The position numbers were made by a program, and so were the translations under genes. Below are positions 47,401 to 56,277 of a stretch of DNA of 64,000 nucleotides, in pieces (the first letter of the stretch is position 1; every line of letters starts with the position of its first letter). The DNA is taken from positions 248,001 to 312,000 of the forward strand of contig NIVC01000461.1 of assembly GCA_002269645.1 (NCBI GenBank), in the 5' to 3' direction. The DNA is from Macrostomum lignano (lineage: Eukaryota). The notes beneath the pieces are model-generated. The model searched no databases. It was not told the DNA's origin and saw nothing but the letters and a program-made list of their open reading frames with translations.

Positions 47401-47431
47401 TTTTTTTCATTCCTTAGATCTGTTCTGTTGA
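23089..47431 (+). CDS. Anoctamin (TMEM16) family protein, about 998 aa over 21 exons in the preferred model
   Basis: Phase-consistent GT-AG chain. Hallmarks include IDYVLVY, LLHRGAFIDAFILHD, VRNYFGEKVAFYFAW, WENHRTQSDYDNALILKLF, EEYMEKIIQFG, FAASFPLAPL, WNFRRPVAMMAQNIGMW and IPDVP. Paralog not assigned; an upstream exon is possible (acceptor at 23083); the last 4 exons are tentative. Confidence 0.9.
23552..23611 (+). CDS. Anoctamin exon 2
   Basis: ESPAATVLSDEEEETQFIRW, phase 0/0, cag/ and /gtaggc. Confidence 0.6.
23724..28793. repeat. 40 bp minisatellite, about 127 copies, intronic
   Basis: Unit caggagttcctctctgtgtcagtggggccagtttgtgtgt, with register-preserving point variants. Confidence 0.98.
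29011..29086 (+). CDS. Anoctamin exon 3
   Basis: SISPLESFNLSKKIGQCLGLIEDDE, phase 0/1. Confidence 0.7.
29167..29267 (+). CDS. Anoctamin exon 4
   Basis: PDYISGPFTRNRLHLFKGHENTETFFRPALRSYL, phase 1/0. Confidence 0.85.
29354..29426 (+). CDS. Anoctamin exon 5
   Basis: TYNILINADIGSNVPDVDKDVSKT, phase 0/1. Confidence 0.8.
29452..30645. repeat. 28 bp minisatellite switching to a 33 bp unit near 30320
   Basis: Unit ggggatggcggcacatcaaagcaca(g/a)ca; the last copies carry an extra atcgg. Confidence 0.95.
30700..31132 (+). CDS. Anoctamin exon 6
   Basis: LPKLLHRGAFIDAFILHD...RNYFGEKVAFYFAW, phase 1/2. Confidence 0.92.
31231..31302 (+). CDS. Anoctamin exon 7
   Basis: IERHIINGGTSPASKNRTADAVE, phase 2/2, ttttcag and gtaagt. 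Confidence 0.75.
31428..32258. repeat. 64-65 bp minisatellite, about 13 copies
   Basis: Unit gagactagcaaatgtaataaaaccacggcaaccagtctagcgagggtaataaacccccacacagg. Confidence 0.95.
32301..32517 (+). CDS. Anoctamin exon 8
   Basis: FDNLLTPIFAIIICLWGTLHTEMWKRYRATLAYEWDV...PDRPEF, phase 2/0. Confidence 0.92.
32607..32696 (+). CDS. Anoctamin exon 9
   Basis: DPITGKSDSYYPGHYQAMKFVTSFIILLLM, phase 0/0. Confidence 0.9.
32727..33100. repeat. 12 bp-based minisatellite with a 36 bp higher-order unit
   Basis: Subunits ctctagtagtgg / ctctagtagtag / gcctgtagtagt. Confidence 0.9.
33172..33327 (+). CDS. Anoctamin exon 10
   Basis: ICVVFIGVAAVIVYR...LLNAVFIIVIGK, phase 0/0. Confidence 0.9.
33622..33658 (+). CDS. 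Anoctamin exon 11
   Basis: VYNNIAYALTNW, phase 0/1. Confidence 0.9.
33777..33886 (+). CDS. Anoctamin exon 12
   Basis: ENHRTQSDYDNALILKLFAFEFANSYSSLFYIAFFRD, phase 1/0. Confidence 0.93.
34212..34515 (+). mobile_element. tRNA-derived CORE-like SINE, apparently full length
   Basis: A and B boxes, CORE-like domain, 3' segment ctgaacagccgtacgcagccttcagatgcgc...tgcacatctgccc, and an (att)-like tail. Confidence 0.88.
34592..34752 (+). CDS. Anoctamin exon 13 (TM6 region)
   Basis: KNMFTPENG...CGSDGNCMSMLSLQVLILMIAKPMPKLFTDHGLP, phase 0/2. Confidence 0.9.
34920..35375. repeat. Degenerate 22 bp-period array around ttcttggaa
   Basis: About 11 TTCTTGGAA and 4 TTC-N4-GAA motifs, many spaced exactly 22 bp apart. 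Confidence 0.75.
35506..35655. repeat. 46 bp tandem repeat, 3 copies plus a partial
   Basis: Unit ggacacctgtccatctcaggtcaggtcaggctcaggtctcatctca. Confidence 0.95.
36561..37140. mobile_element. Foldback/MULE-like element, copy 1
   Basis: Inverted arms of the 16 bp unit cacaaacccgaaatat (about 4 on the left, about 25 on the right) around a short spacer. The ends match the 56737-57450 copy; TSD degenerate (catagac / catggac). Confidence 0.75.
37628..39212. repeat. gagttcat / gagt 8-12 bp mosaic satellite
   Basis: Long array with recurring gagcttataagtgagt variants, ending about 50 bp before exon 14. Confidence 0.95.
39266..39458 (+). CDS. Anoctamin exon 14 (TM7)
   Basis: LLIRLYR...FTTEEYMEKIIQFGFLM, phase 2/0. 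Confidence 0.9.
39656..39679 (+). repeat. Short interstitial telomere-like tract
   Basis: ttagggtaagggttagggttaggg. Confidence 0.6.
39722..39902. repeat. 10 bp minisatellite
   Basis: Unit ggctcag(a/g)tt. Confidence 0.95.
39973..40257 (+). CDS. Anoctamin exon 15 (TM8-TM10 region)
   Basis: LFAASFPLAPLIALLTNLFDNATDAHRMLWNFRRPVAMMAQNIGMW...CIVLIVE, phase 0/0. Confidence 0.93.
40337..40417 (+). CDS. Anoctamin exon 16
   Basis: NVVLGLKYFISAVIPDVPSQVHLQMRR, phase 0/0. Confidence 0.9.
40501..40544 (+). CDS. Anoctamin exon 17
   Basis: ERYRVPKILNSGNI, phase 0/2, cttgtag and gtgagt. Confidence 0.8.
40617..42030. repeat. 27 bp minisatellite, about 50 copies
   Basis: Unit ggctctccaa(t/a/c)ccaatccatagtg(a/t)ga. 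Confidence 0.96.
42179..42292 (+). CDS. Putative anoctamin exon 18 (alternative acceptor at 42169)
   Basis: ITNLKHFRCYFRTLYRSAISDGEESIASMVSLGSQLPS, donor gtatgt. The frame depends on which AG is used. Confidence 0.55.
43868..45100. repeat. 61 bp G-rich minisatellite, about 20 copies
   Basis: Unit gggcagggagtggggtggctgtcgggacggatttcaggacagagatttctggggtggtttg. Confidence 0.95.
45187..45437 (+). CDS. Putative anoctamin exon 19 (low-complexity cytoplasmic tail)
   Basis: GC-rich, RQPKRRRRRPRGDAPRANAAADAADTEE...PVVPE, phase 2/1, donor gtaatt. Confidence 0.55.
45667..46323. mobile_element. hAT-like MITE with an internal CT-rich tract
   Basis: Ends caggggcccgcaaact / ttgccgatccctg; perfect 8 bp TSD ctctacag at 45659-45666 and 46324-46331. 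Confidence 0.88.
46590..47072. repeat. 15 bp (7+8) minisatellite
   Basis: Unit ctcagactctcagat. Confidence 0.92.
47270..47332 (+). CDS. Putative anoctamin exon 20
   Basis: GFRLPSLRLAPAKLTPIDQDN, phase 1/1. Confidence 0.45.
47418..47431 (+). CDS. Putative anoctamin terminal exon (DLFC-stop)
   Basis: Strong acceptor tttttttcattccttag after an 85 nt intron; the phase fits. Confidence 0.35.
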
Positions 47432-47794
47432 TCTTCAACTTTGCCGTTCACCTTTTTTCAATAGAATAGCAGACAGTTTTTTTATATTTAATTTACCATT
47501 TATTCGTTGCTAAGTACATGTATTTGGTCGAATAAGTGCAGCGGGAACTGATTTTACAACCACAGACCGCTGCAACAGAAGGATTTGTGCGAATTTCGCT
47601 GCGAAAAGCATTGGCGAGATAGGCAAGTTTTTCCGCTTTTTAAGCACCGAATTCGCAGCATCTCACCTGATAAAAACGCTACTCAGGGCAAGAAGTGTCC
47701 CAGAGTCACTTGCGTCCTTTGCAGGGTCGTTTCAGGTGCGTTGCAGGTAACACCAGGTAAAAAAGGAAAGAAGTGACACATTCTTAGAGGATTC

Positions 47795-47990
47795 TAAATC
47801 GACGAGATGTCGCCGTAAGAGTCGCCAAAGAGTCGCCTAAGAATCAATTTCTGCTCTGGATGCGCAACAGAGTCGAGAGTTACAGTTACGCAATAAACAC
47901 TCAGTGTGACGTATTTATTTGAACTCTAACAAGCCTACTGAGTTAGTAGAAAGTTAAGCGCCAACACAACGATTCTTGGACGACTCTTTC
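47795..47990. repeat. Dispersed repeat, copy 3 of 3
   Basis: Contains both segments seen at 12590-12790 and 14620-14702. Confidence 0.6.
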
Positions 47991-48121
47991 GTGACTGTTA
48001 CGATTCTACAACTCATTTGACGCACGTGCTTTTGACGCAACAGTCGCCTTTTTGTCGCATCAACTCAACTCGTGGATCAACTCTGATGAAGCACATACTT
48101 GCTCCGTTTGCAATTGAAATA

Positions 48122-48358
48122 GGAGTTGCAGCCTGGGGGTTAGAGCGACCTACTCGGAACAATTTGTGCAAGACACTTCACTCTGCATTGCTTCAGTTCA
48201 CCCAGCTGTAAAATGGGTGCCAGCATTTGCTGGGGTAATTGAGGGTGTGTGGCGACCCCCCAGTCCTTGGACTGAACAGCCGTACGCAGCCTTCAGATGC
48301 GCCGCGCAATAGCTGCGGCTGAGCTGTCGGTTGCACATCTGCCATTTGGGCAGGTGCA
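48122..48358 (+). mobile_element. CORE-like SINE, copy 3, with an internally deleted tRNA head
   Basis: Body and 3' part nearly identical to the 34212 copy; the B-box region is missing. Confidence 0.85.
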
Positions 48359-48824
48359 GTCAATTACAGTGTATAATTATCGATTTAATATGCAATTCGG
48401 AAGTCCAATAGGCGAGATATTGGGAATTCAGTGCTAAAAAACTTGAAACCTTCCCATCTCGACAATTACGCTCGTAAGTTTTGCAGCCTCCAGCAAAAAT
48501 TAATTGTACGATTCCCGAGTGCAAGCGTTTATAGATTCAATATGTTTTCCTACTATTTTTTCATATCTTTAACACGTGCCTACAAACGTATTTTGAACTA
48601 TTTTTTCGCTGCGCTCTACTTGTGTGCTCAGCAGTAGTCTGCTTCGGACATTGAATGTTAGTGTAGTTTGATTTTTTGTTTGACTTGTTCAATTACGTGT
48701 TTTCATACAAACTGTTTGATATAATACGTTAAAAATTGTGAAAGTGACCCCCTTCTTTACGGCAACCCAGTGCTGCCAGGTAGGCTTTGTATACATCCGA
48801 ATCGACCCCCCATCAAAATTGCAG

Positions 48825-49402
48825 ATCCGCCTGATTTCGGCATCGGGATGCGGCTTATTGGCGCTGAGAAGTCTGACAAGGGGATTGAAGAACAGACTGA
48901 GGTTTGAAACACCTTTGATGGCTTTAAACGGTGGATTATTTATCTTTGTATGATTGAGCAATTTCTTAGAAATGAGAAATCTCTTGAAGACGATATGATA
49001 GTGAGTCATTTTCTTAGAAAGAAAATTCTCAGCTGTGTAATTCTAAGAAAGTAGATTATTTTGTGCACGTTTCTACGAAATGACACTTTTATGTGAACAG
49101 TTCTAAGAAACTAGACTCTCACTTGCATGATTCTTAGAAAGTTGATTAGCTTGTGCAACGGTTCAAAGAAATCCGACTAGCAGTCTTCGTCCCGTTATAA
49201 ATGACTTTAAGCAATGATAAGAATCTCAGTGACGTGGTTATTACTCACGTCAACTGTTGTCCTCGGATGTACAACTTTATGAAACCAGATAGTATTTAGT
49301 ACAACTATATAGAATGCCAATATCGCGTCGATGCCGGCAAAAGAAGTGAAGCTCATTCTGCTGGAGGAATTGGTCGACTACTCCACGGCCACAGACATAT
49401 AA
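48825..49402 (+). CDS. Two exon-like segments (48825-48901, 49313-49402); possible alternative anoctamin C-terminus or a separate gene
   Basis: DPPDFGIGMRLIGAEKSDKGIEEQTE then NANIASMPAKEVKLILLEELVDYSTATDI-stop. Phases 1/0 and 0 fit exon 20 or the in-frame segment ending at 48779. Confidence 0.35.
49011..49171. repeat. Degenerate 30 bp-period array of TTC-N3-GAAA
   Basis: Motifs at 49011, 49041, 49071, 49101, 49131 and 49162. Confidence 0.75.
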
Positions 49403-52400
49403 CGGTCGCCAAAATTAAGTCGCTGGGGCCTTAATCTTTTTGTCGTACTGTTTTTTTAACTCGCTGGTTATTCTACAGTTGCTTTGTTCAGACTTTTGAC
49501 TGCGTCTTCGGTCAGCAGTTCAGTTGCTTTCCACGCAATGTGCGAATTGTACTCTCGAAGGTCCTCCTCAGACCTCCTCTGATACTGACCATCGCTTCGT
49601 TTGTCGGGTTACACAAAGTTTTTTTTTGCGGCTGCTATAATCTTTGCCTTGATTTATCTGGTGTTCAAATCGCTACATTGCACTCCAATGGACACTACAG
49701 TTACGCCAGTTGTTGCGGGATCGCATGCTTCGATGATAGGTTGTTGCTTCGTGCATCGATCGAATGGCTCATCATAGTTGATTAGCACTTTTCTACCAGT
49801 CCTTGTATTGAATTTGAACGTTTGCTAAAGTGCAGCTTGCAAATTCGTGTGCTTCTTACGCATTAACATCAGATTGACAGGAAACCTTTTCCACATGACA
49901 TGTAGCAAAGGTTACGCAGTTCTATAGCAGACATCGATTTTTGTAAAGCGTGGTACCGATGGCCAAAACTCTTTTATGGAATGCACCGCTCTTATAGTCG
50001 ACCATTTCCTGACGCAGAATGAGCTTCACTTTTAGCGGCGACGATGGCGTTCTATACATGCACTAAATATATTCTCTTTTGATAAAACAATATACTCAGC
50101 CTTTTAATTGTTCATTTATTTGCTTTTTACTTTTTTGTGCGCGATTTTAAATTTCAATAACAATCTATGGATCATGTACCTCCCCAGTTTCCATATTCGT
50201 GCACTTCTGTGATTTTTATTCTTCTCTAGTCAGCACTTCAGACATTGGGATGCCAAACTATATGCTTATTCTACTTATAATTATGGTATATCTGTGGAAT
50301 ATTTTTAATATTTTCGCTTTTTTACTTATAAATTGTTGCCTGCTTAATTCATTTTTTCCTTCTTGGCTTGATTTACGATTTCTTAAAAAACAGCTCTGCA
50401 TACGTTTCAAAATATTTTATTGCATCCACTTTGAGCACAGATTTTTCTGCTTTTACAGGAAAGCTTTCGGGGTAAAAAGCTTTTCTTTCACTGCAATTCC
50501 ATGTACAGTAGATTATACTGATACAATCTAGTCATATTACAAGCTATATAATTTCTGATGCAATTCTCTCAGATCTCTTTTACATTTCTAGCCGCTTTAA
50601 TGCTTCTTTTTAACTCGTAATTGTGGCATTCAAACTGGACACAGTTTAGAAATTGCTTAATTTAATTGGCACCTTCCTTTGACTTTGCATTAATTGGCAT
50701 GTACTAGTGCGCTCGTACTCGTATCATAACTAACTCAGTGCACCAGTTAATAAAAATTTGCCAAAGAAACAATGTTTTCTATGGTTGTTCAATGCTGACG
50801 CCCGTTAACGTATTTAAATATTTGTACTAAAAACTAAATACATATTCTATCTTTTGCTTTATTTCTTTGATTTTCTATCTAAACATGTAAGTCGTACATG
50901 TTTATCTATAAATGATTTTAATACAAATATATAAATTATTCTATGTGGCTAAATCTGTTTTTGCTAACGCTAACGCTTATTGTTTTTTATACTACTATAT
51001 TATTTATCGTATACTGCATGTACATGTAGCTCGAACAATTAAATTGGTTTGGCTGCTGAAATTTTACTGAAAATCAATACCTACATGTACATTATGGACA
51101 TACATACACGTGTATTTATTGAACGCGTGAACTTCAAGGATTACTTAAGGCAGATACATACATGTAGTACGAGCAGTGTGATGTGTTGCATTCTCAGGCC
51201 GCCGCTTTGCCGAGACCCAGTCCCCGGAAAGTACCAGAGGCCAAGCGAGTTTTCGTAAAAATATAGGCCTGCCCTGTGCCCCCATGGGTCTTCACCCCCG
51301 GAATCCAGTTGCGGAACTGAGTACTAGTAGATAGTTGAGTGCATGCTAGCTTTGGGAAGCTTTTCTGCGACGCAGGCCCCAAGATCAGTGTAAGGATATA
51401 ACTCTAATGTATAAATATTTAAATGGGGTATAAAGTAAGAAGAAATGAAGTTTAGGATGTTTCAGTTTTCCTTCAAAGCTAAAATTCAAGTCTTAAGTAT
51501 TTTACTTTGTTACTTTACTTATACAATGCTTATTTAACTTAGCATTCTCAGCTGATTTTTAACGAAAAATTTGTTTACCTGGGTTGTTTGGCTATAATAA
51601 TCAAGTGTATTAGCAGCATATTGCAGTAAATTTCGTTTTCGCAAGTGGATCTCTAATGAAATAGAATAGAAATAAATCTTTTATTACTGTCGAACAATAT
51701 TTTGTACGTTTATAGGATTCTACACAACAAACAATACTTCATATAGATAATCGTTCTTCAATAGTTTATACAATTATACTTTATAGTCGTAGGTGCTGTT
51801 GTAGAGCAAAAAAACTGCTTCATTGATAACGTACAAATATGTTAAATATCTTGTCGCTGAAAAATCAGCGAATTATATTAGACATTTTGATGTGTGTAAT
51901 TTTCTTTTAGTTTAGTTTTAGTGTACCCTAATTTTCACATTGTCATTATTATTTCACAAAATAATAATTGGATCCTAGAATATTTTCATGACATAATAGT
52001 GTCATAGTAATCCGTTTAGACTGTTATGCTTATGTAATATATAAAATAAACTTGCTTTATTTTGTATAACTATTTGAACTTTTGGATAATCAAAAAGAAA
52101 ATTCTATATGCCTTTGGCTTTGATTATTTATAAAGAAACCTTTTAAAACATAAATCCTTTATTATAAATATTGACATATTGTGAGTAGCTATTTATATAA
52201 TGTTATGGACTATTGTCTAATAATATATATTAATCAATGAATAGATGTTTATAAACATTGAGATCTTTCATTAATAAATGTTAATAGACAATTATTGTTA
52301 TATAGAAATTTTCCTTGCTAGCAACACATTTTGCATTCATTTTTTTCAAAAAGAGCAAAGTTTTCTCTTGATTTTAATTCTAAAGTTTTCTAACAATAAA

Positions 52401-53090
52401 TATTAGCAATAGTAAATGTCATAAAAGTTCATAAATAATAAATAAGATATTTAGAATAGGGCTACCATTTCTAGGGGTGCCATCCTTTTTCAAGGGCAAT
52501 ATCACAGGGGTATAAATTTGTTTTCAAATAGGCATTTTCTTAGGGGCCTTTGTATGATAGTTTTTTTAAGGGGTATTATTCCTAGGTTCTCAAAATTAAA
52601 GCACTTTTCCTAAGATGCCAAAGTTGCAAAAAAGGGGAAATCATTTTTTACTAATGCTACAATGCAATTTTACTAAATGATAGATTCTGTGGTTTCTTAG
52701 AAAGTTTCAAAAATTGAATATAGTCAGTCAATAAAGTTATAGCAGTGTTATCATTTCAAAAATATTGTCTTCAAGGACAAAAATCAGTATATTTTTATTT
52801 AATTCTTACAGATTACTTTGTTTAACCTTTTGTTCTTGTTTTTGTTCTGAAAATAATTTTTATGCTAATGCTTTGGATATTAATGGAAGCTAAGATTTTA
52901 ATCAATAATACCCATGCTCAATATAGCATTTAAATATCAAAGTTATTTAAAACTTTAAAACTATTATAATTAAATAGTTAAAATGTGTTAAAGAGTCAAT
53001 TTCACTACTTATATCGTTCATGTAGCCACAAAGACAACTGCATTTAACGCCAAAGGTCGCCAATCCGCTAAGCCAGCCAAGCCGTCCCCC

Positions 53091-54256
53091 ATGAGCTCCT
53101 CGCGCAAGTCCAAGGCCCAGGAGAAGCCGTTCTACGAGGCGCCAGAGAGTCGCCCGACCAGCGCGCAGATCATTGAGGAGACGCGCACCTGGCTGCGCGA
53201 GGTCAAAACTAAGCGCCCGTTCACGCCGCGCGATGGCGAACGGTCGCTCTTCGCCAGCCGGCAGGTGTCCGCCGACTTCTCCGAGATCGGCGCCGGCGTC
53301 GCCGCTCCAGTTGGCCGGCCGCCGAGCGCCGTCAGTCTGGGCGGTCGGCAGTTCGAATCCGAGAGCCGGCCGGTGTCGGGCAGCGCGGTGGCCACCCGGC
53401 TCAGCCCCATCCGGGCTGGTAGCGCTGGCAGCGGCAGCGGCAGCGGCGCCGAAGCGTCCGGCGGCCTCCCGCCGAAGCCACCGTCGGCGGAGCGGCGCCG
53501 GCCGCGCGGCTCAGCCTCGGAGCAGCAGCGGAGCTCCCAGCAGCCGCATCGCTCCTCAGCCGGCAGTCGTGTTCAGCGCAACGGCTCCGTTGGCGAGCTG
53601 CCCGCTGAGGACTCAGCGGCTGGCGACCCCGGCCGGCGTCGGGACTCGGCGCCGCAGCCGCCGGCGATGAGTGAGGACGCCGAAACTGAGTGGTTCAACA
53701 AGACCCTGGCCCCGCTGTCGACCTGCTCAGCGTGGCCGAGCAGACCCCGGAGTCCGCGGACAACACTCTGGAGCTCGTCCGTCACCTGCACTCGGAGCTG
53801 CAGGCAGCCGGGATGCTCGGCCGCAACTGCCGGCGCCATCGCTCCCGAATCCTTCGCGCCGTGTTTCGCCTGCTCGACTGGCCGCAGCCGCGCCTCCAGC
53901 TGGCCTTGGCCGGCCTTTGCCTGGACATGCGCGTCTCGGCCGGCAACCTTGCCTGCGTGGCCAAGCTGCTGTTCCGTGTGGCCAAGCTCGAGGCCAACGA
54001 TGCGCTGTTCCTGGCGCAGCCCGGCCTGCTGGCCGGCATCAGCGACACCCTGGCCGGCGCCGACCCGGCCGCCAGCCACGAGGCCCTGGTCTACCTGGCC
54101 GGCGCTTTAAAGTTCCTCACCGGCGGCGCCGCTGGCGTGTCCCGCGAGCTGCTACGAAGCGGCTGCTTTGAAGCCCTGACCACCTGCCTCGGACGGGCCG
54201 TCGAGTGGAACAGGCAGACTGGCGGGCGAGCAGCTGAGTCCCTGGCACACGTGCTG
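53091..54256 (+). CDS. ARMC2: ARMC2 exon 1 (contains the frameshift)
   Basis: The frame of ORF 53091 is coding up to about 53717, then the frame of ORF 53690; donor ctg/gtgagt. Confidence 0.85.
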
Positions 54257-55504
54257 GTGAGTTGGATAGTTCCGCCTTCCCTGATCCCCTGGACTTGATT
54301 ATCACCCTCTCTGATCCTCATGGTGCAATTTTTATCCACCCTGACTGTCAGAGATTGAATCATCACCCACCCTTCCTGACTGTCAGACATTGAATCATCC
54401 ACCCTCTCTGACTGTCAGACATTCAATCATCATCTACCCTTCCTGACTGGCAGACATTGAATCATCATCCACCCTCCTTGACTGTCAGACATTGAATCAT
54501 CCACCCTCCCTGACCGTCAGACATTGAATCATCCGCCCTCCCTGACTGTCAGACATTGAATCATCCACCCTCTCTGACTGTCAAACATTCAATCATCATC
54601 CACCCTTCCTGACTAGCAGACATTGAATCATCATCCACCCTCCCTGACTGTCAGACATTGAATCATCCACCCTCCCTGACCGTCAGACATTGAATCATCC
54701 GCCCTCCCTGACTGTCAGACATTGAATCATCCACCCTCCCTGACCGTCAGACATTGAATCATCCGCCCTCCCTGACTGTCAAACATTGAATCATCAGTCG
54801 AGCCTTGACACGGATTTTCACTCCCCTTTCCAGGTGCAGGTCCTCGGCTCCCTCCGCAACCTGGCCGAGCAGCCGGGCACCCGGCAGCAGTTCGTGGCCA
54901 CTCCGGCCTGCCTGGCGGGTGTCTGCGCGGCCATGCAGCAGTACCCGGCCGACTACGAACTGCAGCTGAACGCCTCTCGTCTGTTGTCGAAGCTGTCACA
55001 GCACGCGGACGTCTGCGCGGCGCTTTGCAGCAACGACGATGGCGGCGGAGGCGTTGGTAGCAGCGGCCAGAGCGCTCTGCTGCCCTCGGCGGCCCGGGAG
55101 CTGCTGGCCAGGCACCGGTCACGCGAGGACCTGGTGCTCCGACTGGCCTTCGTGCTGGGCAACCTGGCCGGCCGGGCAGAGGAAGCCAGGACGGCGATGT
55201 TCCCGGACAAGCCGGCCTTGGATAGCGTGCTGGCCGTGCTGAAGTTCTACCAACAAGAGAGCGAGGCCGCAGCAGCAGCAGCCGCGAGCGGCGAAGCCAG
55301 TCAGCCGGCGCCAAGGCGAGATCCCGGCAAAGTGCGGGACTGCCTGGTGAAGCTCGTTCGCTTGCTGGCCAATGCCGCCATCTCGGCCGAGGTTGGCCGC
55401 ATGTGCGCCGGCTCCAGGACCTGTCTGAGGCTGCTGGTCACCTTTGTCGGTGAGTTTAAATTTAATTAGCCACTAGCTAGTCAGTTAGTTAGTTAGTTAG
55501 TTGA

Positions 55505-55589
<85 letters not shown>

Positions 55590-55590
55590 C

Positions 55591-55648
<58 letters not shown>

Positions 55649-55659
55649 CTAGTCAGTTC

Positions 55660-55692
<33 letters not shown>

Positions 55693-55733
55693 CTAGTCAG
55701 TTCGTTAGTTAGTTAGTTAGTTAGTTAGTTAGC

Positions 55734-55793
<60 letters not shown>

Positions 55794-55810
55794 CAGTTAG
55801 TCAGTTAGTC

Positions 55811-55881
<71 letters not shown>

Positions 55882-55907
55882 CAGTTAGTCAGTTAGTTAG
55901 TTAGTTG

Positions 55908-55948
<41 letters not shown>

Positions 55949-55949
55949 G

Positions 55950-55989
<40 letters not shown>

Positions 55990-55998
55990 CAGTTAGTC

Positions 55999-56033
<35 letters not shown>

Positions 56034-56050
56034 CAGTTAGTCAGTTAGTC

Positions 56051-56084
<34 letters not shown>

Positions 56085-56136
56085 GTAGTTAGTTAGTTAG
56101 TTAGTTAGTTATTTAGTTAGTTAGCTAGTTAGTTAT

Positions 56137-56169
<33 letters not shown>

Positions 56170-56175
56170 CAGTTC

Positions 56176-56208
<33 letters not shown>

Positions 56209-56246
56209 GTAGGTAGTTAGTTAGTTAGTTAGTCAGTCAGTCAGTC

Positions 56247-56277
<31 letters not shown>

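Noticed and set aside
53700-53725. Programmed ribosomal frameshift in ARMC2
   Set aside because: There is no X XXY YYZ slippery heptamer at the switch; an indel explains it more simply.
53132-55314. Several 60-195 aa minus-strand ORFs
   Set aside because: They are antisense shadows of GC-rich ARMC2 exons.
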